Shown here piece after piece: positions 40,063 to 50,862 of a stretch of DNA of 64,000 nucleotides. Source of the stretch: an uncultured Phycisphaerales bacterium (GTDB taxonomy: Bacteria; Planctomycetota; Phycisphaerae; Tepidisphaerales; Tepidisphaeraceae); contig CAVWVQ010000001.1 of the NCBI GenBank assembly GCA_963758525.1, positions 320,001 to 384,000 on the forward strand, read 5' to 3'. How positions within the stretch are numbered: position 1 is the stretch's first letter; each line of letters opens with the position of its first letter. The notes beneath the pieces were generated by a model that was not told where the DNA came from, made no database searches, and was given only the letters and a program-made list of their open reading frames with translations. Position numbers and translations under genes: made by a program.

Positions 40063-41278
40063 ATACGCCCGCACCAGCCGAGAGCCCGGATACGCCGTTG
40101 TCGCGATGACTTCGTGGCGGATCCCTCGCGTCGCTTCGGTTTCCGCGCACCACTGGCATAACCCCACGCCGTGACCGAAGCCATGGCCGTCAATGAGGCG
40201 GATCGTGGAGACTTCATTCACGGGCTTGAAAAAGCTGCTGTAGATGGTCGGGCCGGTGCCGGCTTCGGTGTTGAAAGCCTGGCGGAAATCTTCGCCGGCG
40301 AGGCTGAAGCGCATGCCATGTGAATCGGTGACGACAAATCGCACGGGCCGACCCCACCTGTTCTCGAACTGAGTGTCGACGCGCACCACATCGCCGATGG
40401 CGCGTTCCGCTTGATTGTGAAAAGCGCCCAGGCGCGGATGCGGCGGCCCAGTTCGACTTTGGCAATCACCACCGGGCCCCAGTTGAAGTGCGGAGAGTCG
40501 GCACAGCGAGGACCGATGAGCTGATCTGAAAGGGGCGGGGTTGCGGGATCGCCGAAAGCGTCGGCCGCTGACTGCGTGATTCCGCCGCAGCAGGAGCTGA
40601 AGTACGCCTTGAAGATGCGCTCGTGTCCCGGCGCGCCGTAGCCGAGCACGATTCCCATCGTTGCATCGACGGCCTCGCGCAATTTGGCGCTTTCCGCCGA
40701 GATCCCGCCATAAACCTGGCTGCGCTGATCGCAAAAGAGGTCGAACTCGTGCCCGAGACCGGTCATGCGCGCTTCGTAGAGGGCGTACGTGCGCGCTACG
40801 ATCGCCTGGGCTTTGTACGCTTCTTCGTGCCAGCTGGGATATAGCTCGCGCGAGGACGCCCTTGAGGTAATCCTCGATGTTGACTTCGTTGACGACGTCG
40901 AAGTGATCGTTGCTGACGGGAACGAGGCGAAACTTGCCGTGATACGGCTGATCGTTGACTCTGACGGACCCATCGACGGCCGGCGCAAGGGTCAGGGATG
41001 CGCGGAAGCGTCAGTGTGCCGATCGTCCAGCCGGCGGGCGTCAAGGCGACCGGCACGCTGCCGCTTCCCGGGAAATTCATCCGCTGCGCGGGGCCGTCGC
41101 CAATGTGAACTGTCGGTGATTCGGATGCGCTCAACCGAGTCTGCAGGCGGTTCTCACCAATGAGCACGCGGACGACAGGGGTGCCTGCAGGCACATGCGA
41201 CGGTTCGGGCCCCTCGCCGCAGCCCAGCAGCAGCGAGCAGACAATCAACAGCGGCAGAGTGAGTCGTCCCATCGGCAT
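40060..41278 (-). CDS. SpoIID/LytB domain lipoprotein (several frameshifts)
   Basis: Lipobox LLGC; ELYPSWHEEAYKAQAIVARTYA, SQVYGG, YFSSCCGG, GHGFGHGVGLCQW, YPG spread over three ORFs. Confidence 0.88.
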
Positions 41279-41385
41279 CCGTGCCCTCGGGGAAAGCCTG
41301 TCTCGTGCTCAATCGAGCTTCCGCAAGAATCCGAGCCTTCGGAGCACCTCAGACTCGGCGTGGCAGGCGATCTGAGCTCCGCAAT

Positions 41386-41508
41386 TTACTCCCTCTCCTG
41401 GTACTCCGGGAGAGGGTTGGGGTGAGGGTGATTTCGAGCACCAGCGGCGCCAGGCGCTCAAAATCACCCTCACCCCCGCCCTCTCCCGGAGTACCAGGAG
41501 AGGGGTAA
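41386..41508. repeat. Long inverted doublet CCCTCTCC..GTAC..GGAGAGGG..GGGTGAGGG family
   Basis: About 54-bp near-perfect arms; single-arm or degenerate copies at 15737, 38383, 47544 and 51749. Confidence 0.92.
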
Positions 41509-41559
41509 GCTGCTCGCAATTCCGAATCGAATTCTAAAATAAATCGGGAGCAAAAATTA

Positions 41560-42479
41560 CTACGGAACCTCTTCCTCCAGCTTGCGCAGCGACATGCCGA
41601 AGTTGCCGAGCTGTTGCTTGATTTCATTGAGGCTCGTCTGTCCGAAATTCTTGCAGCCGAGCAGTTCGTCTTCGGTGCGGCTCGAGAGTTCGGCGAGGCT
41701 GTTGATGTTGAGCCGCTGCAGGGCCTTGCGCGAGCGAACGGAAAGCTCCAGATCCGCAACGCTCTTGGCGAGCACTTCCGGCGCGACATTGCCGGGGGCA
41801 GCGGCCGCCACGGGGCGGCGAATCGCGATCTTGCTTTCATCGGCAACCTGCCCCAGCCGCAGACCCTTCTGGGCCAGCAACGATTTGATTTCGTTCAGGC
41901 TGGTCTCGCCGAAGTTCTTGTACGCCAGCAGATCCGCCTCGGTGGTCTTGAGCAGATCGCCGACGGTGCGGAGATTCATCTTCTTGAGACAGTTGCGGCT
42001 GCGGACCGACAGCTCGAAATCGGTGATCGGAATTTCGAGCACGGCGCTGCGGCGATCGCCGCGGCGATCCGAGTCCTCGTCGTAGTACATCGAGCGGGCC
42101 GACTCCACGTCCTTCATGTAGAGGCGGGCTCGCGCGTGGTTCGGGTTGGTGCGCAGGACCGCGTCGAGGCAGCGGTGCGCCTCGTCGTAGTGATTGTTGT
42201 CCTCGTACAAGACCGCAAGATTCATCAGGGCGTTGAGATGAACCGGGGGGCTGGTGCAGACGCGTTCGTACAGCTCGATCGCACGCGCATCCTCGGCGCA
42301 CGGTCGTACAGAATCGCCAGCGCGAAGCACGCCTTCTCATTGTCAGGGTTTTCCCCGAGCGCGCGCTCGTAATATTCGGCGGCCTTTTCAGGCAGCCCGT
42401 GCTGCTCGGCCTCGTGGCCTCGGCGGAAATATTCTTCACTTGCACGATCGTTGATGGAGGAGACGGAAAGTTCGTTCAT
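41560..42479 (-). CDS. TPR plus tandem RNA polymerase alpha-CTD protein (frameshift near 42300)
   Basis: TPR helices, then ITDFELSVRSRNCL...YKNFGETSLNEIK and VADLELSVRSRKAL...CKNFGQTSLNEIK. Confidence 0.9.
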
Positions 42480-42614
42480 AGGATGAATCTGTGATAGCCT
42501 GTGGTTTTGACGAATATCTGCCCTGGACGCACTCCGCTGCAGATAACTGACCCTGTATTCTGAGGAATCTGCGACGCGTGTCAATGATCCTGCATCACAC
42601 CCCGGCCAGTCAAT

Positions 42615-42914
42615 ATGAAGTTCGGCCGCATCAAACGACAGCATGGCCGCGTGGGAGGGTTGGACAAGATCCTCGACCGGATCGTGCGCGATTGTCCCCA
42701 TGTCTCGCGCATCGTACCAGGACGCATCAAGGTGCGCCGCGGGCATTCGCCGGCGTCGCTGAAGGTCCAATATCCAACAGGCGCCGGCCTGAAATGCATT
42801 TTCACCGGTACGGGAACGGCGCAGGAGGTGTTCCTCATCTGTTCCGACGCGGCGGCGGCACATCGCTGGCTGCTCGATCAGAACATCGCGACGCAGGGGG
42901 AAGGCCGTGAGTGA
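42615..42914 (+). CDS. DUF2103-like small protein
   Basis: IKRQHG, VSRIVPGRI, TGAGLKCI, AQEVFL; overlaps the sua5 start. Confidence 0.65.
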   Translation: MKFGRIKRQHGRVGGLDKILDRIVRDCPHVSRIVPGRIKVRRGHSPASLKVQYPTGAGLKCIFTGTGTAQEVFLICSDAAAAHRWLLDQNIATQGEGRE

Positions 42915-43919
42915 AGTCGATCCGGTTGCAATCGGCGCCGCAGTACAGGTGCTGCGCGACGGCGGCCTTGTGGCGTTTGCGACGGAAACGGTTTACGGCC
43001 TCGGGGCGGACGCAACAAATCCGGCCGCCATCGCGCGGATTTATCAGGCGAAAGGAAGGCCGCCGACCAACCCGCTGATCGTCCATGTAAGCGATGAGGC
43101 AATGGCGCAAAATACACGGCGCGCTGGCCGGCCGCAGCTCAGACACTGGCTCGGGCATTCTGGCCGGGGCCGCTGACGCTGGTCGTTCCGCGCGCTCCCA
43201 CGATCGCTCCACAGGTGAGCGCGGGGCTCGAGACGATTGGCGTGCGGGCGCCAAATCACCCGCTTGCCCAGATGTTGCTCCGCGCTTTCGACGGCCCGAT
43301 CGCCGCGCCCAGCGCGAACCGCAGCACCCGGATCAGCCCCACAACCGCTGCGCATGTGCGCGCGGAATTCGGAGAAGCAGTCGGCATGATTCTCGACGGG
43401 GGCGCGTGCCAGGTGGGAATTGAGTCAACCGTGATTGATGTCAGCGGGCCATCCGCAAGAATCCTGCGGCCCGGAAGCATCACGAGCAAGCAGATTGCCG
43501 ATCTGATCGGGGAAGTGGGAAGCGTCTGCATCGGAAGCGACGCGTCACAACCGGCATTAAGCCCCGGCCAACAATCGGTTCACTACGCGCCAAGCACGCC
43601 GGCGTACCGCGTCCCGGGCGAGCAGCTTGAGCGGGTGCTACGCGAGTCGGACGGGAACGACCGCAGGCGCGCCGCGGTCCTGCTGATGGAAGGCTCGCAA
43701 TCGATCTCCGTTGCTTGGCAGCACTCGGCTGGCTCGCATCGCGTCGTCACCCTGCCCCGCGATCCTCGGGACTACGCGAGAATGCTCTATGCTGCGTTGC
43801 GCGATTTGGATGCTGGCGGGTTTAGCGCAATCTGGATCGAACTTCCGCCGGAGCGGCCCGAGTGGGTTGCGGTTCGAGACCGCATCATTCGGGCGACGGC
43901 GGTCTATCCGGCGCGCTGA
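42907..43919 (+). CDS. sua5: L-threonylcarbamoyladenylate synthase, Sua5-type (frameshift about 43110-43160)
   Basis: VAFATETVYGLGADA, AKGRPPTNPLIVH, WPGPLT, AAPSANRS, GIESTV, SPGQQSVHYAP, LYAALRDLD. Confidence 0.93.
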
Positions 43920-43941
43920 TTCGCCCTGTTCTCGGCAATCG

Positions 43942-44388
43942 TCAGGCCCGGCGCGACTGGACGATCTTTGCGAATTCCGCCGCCACGGCCTGCTCTTCCA
44001 CGACCACCTCATTGGCCCCGGCCCGATGCGCCTGCATCCCGCTGGAGATAAAGCGACAGCGCGCGATAATGTGAATCGCCGGATTCAGGCGGCGGGCGAT
44101 CGTGATCGCCTGCAGGACCGCCCCATCGCTTGGCACCGTAATCGCGAACAGCCAGCTTCGCTCGATGCCGGCGCGGCGCAAAGTCTCCTCTTCGACGACA
44201 TCGCCCTCGATGATTGGAACCACGTGCTCGCATCGCCGAACTGTGTCGGCGTTGAGCTCGATCACGCAGAATGGAACATTGCGTTCGCGCAGCAGATCCC
44301 CCACCGCCCGGCCCGGCAAGCCGTAACCGGCAATGACGGCGTGCCCGCTGAGTGACTCCGCATCGACTTGTTCCTGCGTTGCATTCAT
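43942..44388 (-). CDS. Stand-alone TrkA-N (RCK_N) NAD-binding protein
   Basis: HAVIAGYGLPGRAV, IEGD, LRRAGIE, ARRLNP..HIIAR, GANEVV. Confidence 0.85.
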   Translation of the reverse strand: MNATQEQVDAESLSGHAVIAGYGLPGRAVGDLLRERNVPFCVIELNADTVRRCEHVVPIIEGDVVEEETLRRAGIERSWLFAITVPSDGAVLQAITIARRLNPAIHIIARCRFISSGMQAHRAGANEVVVEEQAVAAEFAKIVQSRRA

Positions 44389-44506
44389 TTCGCGATCGAT
44401 ACGCCCTTTGCGATATGCAGCAGACCGGGCTCGCCCGATGCTCGAGCAACCCGTGCAAATTCTATATCGTACGGCCCGGCGTGACCATCGCGCGGCAGCA
44501 CGACCA

Positions 44507-44944
44507 TTACGAGTGCGCGGGCTGCGCAGCCAACCAGGCCCCGAATGCGATGAACACGATGCCCATCCAATTGATCCCCGAAGGGCGTTCCCCCAGAAAG
44601 ATGACCGCAAGGACCGCCGCCAGCGGGACGCTGAGTTTATCGATCGGCGCCACCTGCGAGACGCGGGCGATGTTGAGCGCTTCGAATCCGAAGAGCCAGC
44701 TCGTCGCCCCGGCGATCCCTGAGAGCACGATCATCAGCAGCGCCGTGGCATGCAGTTGCGGAACATGCGCCCATCTTTTTTGGACCGTACAGACGACGAG
44801 CATGAAGGCCATCATCACCACGCTTCGCAGCGCCGTTGCGAGGACGGGATTCACTTCCTTCATTCCGACTTTTCCGAGGATGCCGACGACCGCCGCGCTG
44901 GCTGCGGCCAGGACAGCGTAGAGAAACCATTTTTCAGCAAACAT
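44507..44944 (-). CDS. EamA family (single-repeat) transporter
   Basis: ILGKVGMKEVNPVLATALR, VSQVAPIDKLSV, FLGE. Confidence 0.9.
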   Translation of the reverse strand: MFAEKWFLYAVLAAASAAVVGILGKVGMKEVNPVLATALRSVVMMAFMLVVCTVQKRWAHVPQLHATALLMIVLSGIAGATSWLFGFEALNIARVSQVAPIDKLSVPLAAVLAVIFLGERPSGINWMGIVFIAFGAWLAAQPAHS

Positions 44945-44969
44945 GGCGGAAGTATAGTCCAATCTGCTT

Positions 44970-45022
44970 AATCTGTTTCGTGAAGATTCGTGCGTAATTT
45001 CGTGTCGATTCGTGTTCAGCAT
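44970..45022 (-). repeat. CACGAA-unit repeat arm
   Basis: Its reverse complement nearly matches 62724-62775. Confidence 0.85.
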
Positions 45023-45212
45023 TTTGGGTCACTCGGAACCGGGCAGGATCGCACGCAGCCATCGAACCAGTGGGAACTACCATTACGACAGTTTGGCCCG
45101 CTCGTGACAGCATTCCGCGGCCAATCGTCACGGAGGCGGTTGAGTTCGCCCAATAATCTCGTTTTTGTCGAGCGTTGCAGAGTTTGGTATGGCCCATGCT
45201 CTTATGCACGGC

Positions 45213-45404
45213 ATGAAATACCTCACTACTCTCACACTCGGAATGGCGTTGTTCGGCTTTGGCTTCACCAGCGGGTGCACTGTGCATCATGAAGATACGG
45301 ATAAACAGGGCCTGCTGGGCGGCGAGACGCACGAATCGAAGACCACCGTTCAGGACCCAGGCGGAAATACCGTCTACAAGAGCGACTCGAAGACGAGCAA
45401 CTAA
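45213..45404 (+). CDS. Small putative lipoprotein
   Basis: MKYLTTLTLGMALFGFGFTSGC lipobox-like leader and a short polar tail. Confidence 0.65.
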   Translation: MKYLTTLTLGMALFGFGFTSGCTVHHEDTDKQGLLGGETHESKTTVQDPGGNTVYKSDSKTSN

Positions 45405-45477
45405 CCGGGCAGCCTTCGTGAACTGCAGATGGCGCCGGGAACTCATTCCCGGCGCTACTGCGGTTTTGTGCGCAGCC

Positions 45478-46443
45478 CTAAGTGTGCCAGAAACTGAGCA
45501 GGCCGCGCGTCAGGAAAAACCAGAGTGCGGCTGCTTTGGTACCGTATCTTTCCGCGCCTTCGCGATCCCCCGTGACTCGGCTGACGAATGTTTTCAGAAG
45601 CAGCGGAAGCAGCCGGATGGGGGCATCGATCGTGATTCCTGTCTTGTAGACCAGCGCAGCCCAGCGGCTGCGATGGTGCTTTGCAAAATAGCGCACGAAA
45701 CCGCATAGATACCCCTGCAAGACCCAGCCGCGATTGAGGTGTGAACTCACCCGGCCCAGATGCGTGATCGATATCTCCGCGAGATAGTAGATTGACCCGA
45801 AGGCCCCCAGACGCACGCACAGATCCACATCCTCCACGCCAAACTTGAATCCTTCATCCCACTGTCCGCACTGAAAAAACGGCTCGCGCCGCACCAGCAG
45901 CGCGGCTGCCGCCAATTGCGGCACCGCCGCGCTTCGCTCGGCGTCGAAGGCGTGCCGATATTCGCGATACTGCTTTGAAAAGAGATTGGTCCATCGAACC
46001 GGCAACACCGCCTGGTGCAGGATCGCGCGGAGCGTGATGGCATTGCGACCGGTCCGCTGCGGCATTCCATCGGAGCCGATCAGCTTCGGTCCCACGGCAA
46101 CCACTTCCGAATGCTCATCGAGAAACGTCGCCAGCCCCAGCAAACTCCCCGGCGGAACAACCGTGTCGTTATTCAGAAAGAAAAGATATCGCCCCGAAGC
46201 GATTGCTGCGGCCTGGTTGTTCGCCGCCGCGAAACCGCGATTGGTGTTATTGCGAATCAGGGCGACGTCCGGGAAGTCGGTTGGAATGATGTCGGCCGAG
46301 CCATCCGTTGAATCGTTGTCGACGACAATAACCTGCGTCGTCACGCCCTCATGCCCATCCCGCAATGATTGCAGGCAATTGCGCAAAACTCGCTGCCCGT
46401 TCCAATTGACGATCAGAATCGAGACCACGGGTTGCACGTTCAT
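45478..46443 (-). CDS. Glycosyltransferase family 2
   Basis: VSILIVNWN, VVDNDSTDGS, NRGFAAANN, FLNNDT, EDVDLC. Confidence 0.93.
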   Translation of the reverse strand: MNVQPVVSILIVNWNGQRVLRNCLQSLRDGHEGVTTQVIVVDNDSTDGSADIIPTDFPDVALIRNNTNRGFAAANNQAAAIASGRYLFFLNNDTVVPPGSLLGLATFLDEHSEVVAVGPKLIGSDGMPQRTGRNAITLRAILHQAVLPVRWTNLFSKQYREYRHAFDAERSAAVPQLAAAALLVRREPFFQCGQWDEGFKFGVEDVDLCVRLGAFGSIYYLAEISITHLGRVSSHLNRGWVLQGYLCGFVRYFAKHHRSRWAALVYKTGITIDAPIRLLPLLLKTFVSRVTGDREGAERYGTKAAALWFFLTRGLLSFWHT

Positions 46444-47324
46444 CCGCCGTACCCGTAATGGGTCATCCAGGATGTGTTGCGGACGCGATCGTAAAATTCG
46501 CGCACGGCCGGATCACCTTCAAAGGCGTTTGCCCGCCCGGTATTGAGGCCGACATTCGCAACGGCGTCGCGGAGCGTTCCGTCACTCGCTTGCAAGTCGC
46601 AAAATGCTGCCAGTTCCTTGAGGGGCAAGATCGGCTCGGCGAGGAACGTCTCGAAGCGAATGACTATTTGCGGGTTGGGCGTCTGCTTCAATGCGCGTGC
46701 CGCCTGGGCGATGTATTGCTCCCAGACCGCAAAGCCGCCTTCCAGCGTCAGGCAACGTGCCGAACCCTTGAAACCCGCGCGTTGCAGCCGAAATCGTCCG
46801 CCCGCGGCCCGCTTACCGTCAAATTCTTTTCGCCGGCGTTCCAGTTCGCGCATTTCGCGCATGCGCAGGCTGCTGGCAACGTCAACGCCATTGCGCACGA
46901 TGTAGATCAGCTTCGCGCCGGGAAACAACTTGAGCCACAACGGCAGCGTGAACAGCGTCCGCGGATCTTTCCATCCCCACGGCCGATCGAACGACAGCAG
47001 CGCGCCGCCCTTGAGCGACCATTTCTTTCCCAGAAATTCGCGCGTGCGGCTGGAAGAAAGATCATCCTCCAGACATCGCAGGGTGAGATCGAACGCGTCG
47101 GCATTTGCGAGGAAACCAAGAACCGGCTCGGGGTTATCCCACGCGGCATTCACCCGGCGCAACAACAGATCGTTCAGTTCCAGGAACCACGTCGACTCAT
47201 GGTCTTCCTGCAACTCGCTCCCCTGGAACAGCCCCAGCGCGTCGAGCAGCCGGGCAATCATGGCCGTGCCGGAGCGATGCATCCCAAGGAGAATCACCGG
47301 CTGCCGGACGGACGAAAGAGCCAT
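46440..47324 (-). CDS. Sulfotransferase family protein
   Basis: ILLGMHRSGT (5'-PSB motif), WGWKDPR, IVRNGVDVASS (3'-PB motif). Confidence 0.9.
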   Translation of the reverse strand: MALSSVRQPVILLGMHRSGTAMIARLLDALGLFQGSELQEDHESTWFLELNDLLLRRVNAAWDNPEPVLGFLANADAFDLTLRCLEDDLSSSRTREFLGKKWSLKGGALLSFDRPWGWKDPRTLFTLPLWLKLFPGAKLIYIVRNGVDVASSLRMREMRELERRRKEFDGKRAAGGRFRLQRAGFKGSARCLTLEGGFAVWEQYIAQAARALKQTPNPQIVIRFETFLAEPILPLKELAAFCDLQASDGTLRDAVANVGLNTGRANAFEGDPAVREFYDRVRNTSWMTHYGYGG

Positions 47325-47386
47325 GAGGGCCACGATACTTCCCGATTGCCTCTGAGAGAAGCGATGCCAGAGACGAAGAGACGAAG

Positions 47387-47498
47387 AAATGACTAATGTC
47401 CAATGGCCAACAAAATCCCAAGCCACAATGACCAATGCGAGAACCAAGCTTGGGCCTTGGGGTTTGGTGCTTTGTTGGCCATTGGGCCTTGGACATTT
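47387..47498. repeat. AATGACC/AATGTCC-unit inverted repeat element
   Basis: AAATGACTAATGTCCAATGGCCAACAAA ... TTTGTTGGCCATTGGGCCTTGGACATTT. Confidence 0.8.
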
Positions 47499-47543
47499 CT
47501 GCCGCTTCCCGAGTCGACTCTCAGTTGCCAGGATTCGCCGCTC

Positions 47544-47594
47544 TTACCCCCTCTCCCGGTACTCCGGAGAGGGTCGGGGTGAGGGTGATTTTTG
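47544..47594. repeat. Single arm of the CCCTCTCCCGG..GAGAGGG family
   Basis: Similar to 41386-41437. Confidence 0.85.
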
Positions 47595-47620
47595 AACGCA
47601 GAAGGTCTCTCGTATCCGCA

Positions 47621-48256
47621 TCACATCACTGCTTGCAACTCGGCGTAGAGCGACACGTATGCAGACTTCAACTGCTCGATCGCACTGGCCGTCGCCTCCG
47701 CGCCGCCCTCGGCCGGCACGTGAATCAGCTCGCCGTAATTGATCCCCTGCTTCCAAAGCTTCAGCGGAATCCAACGGCTCGGGCGAGAGTAATTTCCCGC
47801 TCCGAGCACGACGCACGGCAGGATCGGGACGCCGGCCAGTTGGGCGAGCCGAACGACTCCGGGACGAAAATTGCCGCCGTGGACAACTGAATCTTCCTCC
47901 TCGCGGATGTGGCCCTCGGGAAACATGGCGATCACTCTGCCGTTGCGCAGCCGGCGCTGCATTTCACGGACGGACGGATTATCGCGACGGGCGCGATCGA
48001 CGAAGATGCAGTTCATGTTGCGAAAAAACGGGCCGACCCACGGCTTGCGCTGCATCTCGACAATGCTGACGAAATCCAGGTGCCGTCTGGTCGAAAGGAT
48101 CAGCACCGCGGTGTCATAGGGACTCAGATGATTAGGCGCGAGAATGAACGGCCCTTCCCGGGGAACTCGATCGCGATGCAGCAGCACCCTTCGCGAGGCG
48201 GCCCACATCGGCGGCCCGCAGATCATCCAGATCGCCGTGTAATACCGATCGCTCAT
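47621..48256 (-). CDS. Lysophospholipid acyltransferase (PlsC family)
   Basis: NHLSPYD (HX4D), FVDR, MFPEG. Confidence 0.92.
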   Translation of the reverse strand: MSDRYYTAIWMICGPPMWAASRRVLLHRDRVPREGPFILAPNHLSPYDTAVLILSTRRHLDFVSIVEMQRKPWVGPFFRNMNCIFVDRARRDNPSVREMQRRLRNGRVIAMFPEGHIREEEDSVVHGGNFRPGVVRLAQLAGVPILPCVVLGAGNYSRPSRWIPLKLWKQGINYGELIHVPAEGGAEATASAIEQLKSAYVSLYAELQAVM

Positions 48257-48977
48257 TCAAGGCACCGCCCCGTCAGGGAGCCGGTGCGCGTCAATCAGCT
48301 CACGGCAGAGCGCCACGCATGCGCGTTCCAGCGCCTCGGCCATCTGCTGGCGCGGGCCGCGGCAAAAGCGTCTGATCCGACCAGATCGGTTCTCCAAATG
48401 CGATCCACACCCGCGCTCGCCGAAACGGCAGCCAGGGACCGACGGTGTTCAGACATCCGGTGCCAAGCGCCACGCACGGAATGATCGGCACGTTGGCGCG
48501 GTAAGCAATCAGGCAGACGCCGCGTTTAATCTTCGCGCCTCGACAGACGGAGTTGAGTCCCGAAGCGACGCCGCCTTCGGGGAAGATCCCGACGACGCGC
48601 CCGGCGACCGCGCGACGGATCGCGGTGCGGATCGTGCTGACCGGCACTCCCTGGCGGTTCACGGGGAACGCCCCGATCAGGTTCAAAAACGTCCACGACC
48701 ACCATCGGCCGTAAAACTCGATGCGCGCCATGAAATCGACGTGTCTGTCGACCATCAGCCCGATGATGAATGGCTCGAGATGGCTCAGATGCGTGCAGGC
48801 GAGGAGATACCCGCCTTCTCGCTCAGGGATTTGCCTTCCGGTCACCTTGGCGCGAACCGTCAGAAACAAGATCAGCCGACCAGTGGCTTGGAAGATGAAA
48901 TAGACAACCGGGCTCCACCATCGCAATTGCGCCTGTTGACGATGCGCTGGTATCGGGAGATCGGGCCGCCTCGGCAT
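48257..48977 (-). CDS. Lysophospholipid acyltransferase (PlsC family), HX4E variant (frameshift near 48360)
   Basis: THLSHLE, GAFPVNR, GIFPEGG, FGEPI. Confidence 0.88.
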
Positions 48978-49020
48978 GCTGCGGATCGCACCTGCCGCGA
49001 GGGTTCGGCCAGCAGCGGGT

Positions 49021-49833
49021 TCATTCAGCGGCTCCGGGCAGCGGCAGCAATGGGCGGATGGCGGACTCACGGTCGCCTCGCCCGCGGTCGGCGCGACGCG
49101 AGCGTTCGCTCATCGCGTCGGCAATCAGCCGGGCGTGCATCGACACGGCACGGAAGCTGTCGCGCCATGGCCGGAAATGACTCACGCGCGTGCCAGCGGG
49201 AAAGTATCGGCACGTCACCGGCAGGCTCATCACCGTCGCGCCGGCCCAGGCCAGGCGAACGATGATCTCTGTCTCAAAACCAAAATGCCCTGCCCGGCAT
49301 TTGGCCGCCGCCACAACGTCCAGCGGGTAGACGCGCAAGCCGCATTGACTGTCTGCAACGCGCTGGCCGCATTCCCAGCGAACCAGAAGATTGGAGACTC
49401 TGCGCCCCAGCAGGCTCCGGGCCGGATATTCGGCGGCGTGCTCATCGCGCGCGCCCAGCACCAACGCCGCGGGCGCCGCCGCCGCGGCGGCTATCAAAAG
49501 AGGGATATCCTCGGGCGCCAATTGACCGTCGGTATCGATCGATACGGCGTGCGAAAATCCCGCGGCGCGGGCGGCTTCGAAGCCGGTTAACAAAGCCGCC
49601 GCCTTGCCAAGATTCGTCGCATGGGTGCGGATGTAACGATTATGCCGGTCGTGCTGCCACTCGCTCAAGATCGACGACGTCTGATCGGATGAGCCATCAT
49701 CAATGGCGAATACCGGCAATCCCGCGGTTTCCAGGCGTTTCAACACGTCCCGCAGGGTTGAGGCATTGTTGTAGGTCGGCGCGACGACGGCCGGCCGGAA
49801 CAGAGAAGGCGAGTTGATCGCGGGATTTGCCAT
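49021..49833 (-). CDS. Glycosyltransferase family 2 (DPM-synthase-like)
   Basis: PTYNNA, IDDGSSD, NLGKAAAL, IDTDGQ, DSQCGLRVYP, VSHFRPWRD. Confidence 0.92.
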   Translation of the reverse strand: MANPAINSPSLFRPAVVAPTYNNASTLRDVLKRLETAGLPVFAIDDGSSDQTSSILSEWQHDRHNRYIRTHATNLGKAAALLTGFEAARAAGFSHAVSIDTDGQLAPEDIPLLIAAAAAAPAALVLGARDEHAAEYPARSLLGRRVSNLLVRWECGQRVADSQCGLRVYPLDVVAAAKCRAGHFGFETEIIVRLAWAGATVMSLPVTCRYFPAGTRVSHFRPWRDSFRAVSMHARLIADAMSERSRRADRGRGDRESAIRPLLPLPGAAE

Positions 49834-49925
49834 GATGCGGGGAGCCGAGGCCGATTTCGGGGGCGATCTTATCCAAAACGTTTTGGTATGCTACCGCTTC
49901 GTGCCCTTCGCGGGAGCGTTGAAAC

Positions 49926-50666
49926 ATGAGTCACCAAACCGAAGCGATGGTTAGGCGAGCGTCGTTCATATCAGCGCTCCTCTTCGCATTGAGCCTGGCG
50001 TCCGGCGTCGCCAAGGGAAGCTCCGGCATTCCGCGGGAGACGCGCAAACTGCTCGTGCTTGCGCCGATCGTCGCGAATCCCGACCCGCAATTCAACTGGC
50101 TCGGCGTTGCCATTCAGCAGAGCCTGGCAACTGATCTGACCCGGCAACTTCCCGTGCAGGTCGATGCCAGCGCCAGCTCAGCGAACGATGCCGCCGAGGC
50201 TGCAATCCTGGCGAAGAATGCCGGGGCTCAAAGGGTCATCATCAGCACGATTCAAGTTGCCGGCGATCAGATCCGAATCACCGGGCAAATCATCGACTCC
50301 GCAAATCAGCGAGTGCTGCTGGCGCTCAAAGCGACCGGCCGGCTCGACGATCTGTTCGAGATGGAAGATCAGCTTTCGGGGCAGGCCGCGCGCGGGCTGA
50401 TCCCGGCGCGCCCGCTGTCGAAGCAAGCTTCGCCAGCCGCGATCGCGCCTTCCGGCGCGCTTCGCCTCAACTACGCCACGGCCGACGCGCAGGCTGGCCT
50501 GCAATACGCGAGGCCCTACGAGAACAATCGTTTTCAAGCTGCGGAAGATCGTTACTTCTTCGGCTCCTCGTACGGCTCCAACTGGTGTTTCGGAGGCTGG
50601 TACGGCCTGGGCTTGGGGTGGGGTTACAGCACCTATCATCCCGCCGCACCGGGATGGGCGTGGTAA
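49926..50666 (+). CDS. Secreted TolB-N/FlgO-like protein with a Gly/Tyr/Trp-rich tail
   Basis: WLGVAIQQSLATDL, QVAGDQIRITGQIID, DLFEMEDQL. Confidence 0.7.
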   Translation: MSHQTEAMVRRASFISALLFALSLASGVAKGSSGIPRETRKLLVLAPIVANPDPQFNWLGVAIQQSLATDLTRQLPVQVDASASSANDAAEAAILAKNAGAQRVIISTIQVAGDQIRITGQIIDSANQRVLLALKATGRLDDLFEMEDQLSGQAARGLIPARPLSKQASPAAIAPSGALRLNYATADAQAGLQYARPYENNRFQAAEDRYFFGSSYGSNWCFGGWYGLGLGWGYSTYHPAAPGWAW

Positions 50667-50694
50667 GCACACTCGCGGTAATGAGCGAAGATGT

Positions 50695-50803
50695 GGTTAG
50701 CCGCGACGCGCAGCGGAGCGCGTATTTTTGGGAGTTGCGAGGGGCGAGGTAATAGCGCTGCTTCTCGTTCGAATACGCGCTCCGCTGCGCGTCGCGGCTA
50801 ACC
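50695..50803. repeat. GGTTAGCCGCGACGCG family inverted doublet
   Basis: GGTTAGCCGCGACGCGCAGCGGAGCGCGTATT ... AATACGCGCTCCGCTGCGCGTCGCGGCTAACC. Confidence 0.92.
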
Positions 50804-50862
50804 TCAGCTCACCTTCGATCCTATCGTCAGTCAAAGCGAACAGAACTCTCTCGCTCCGGCTC

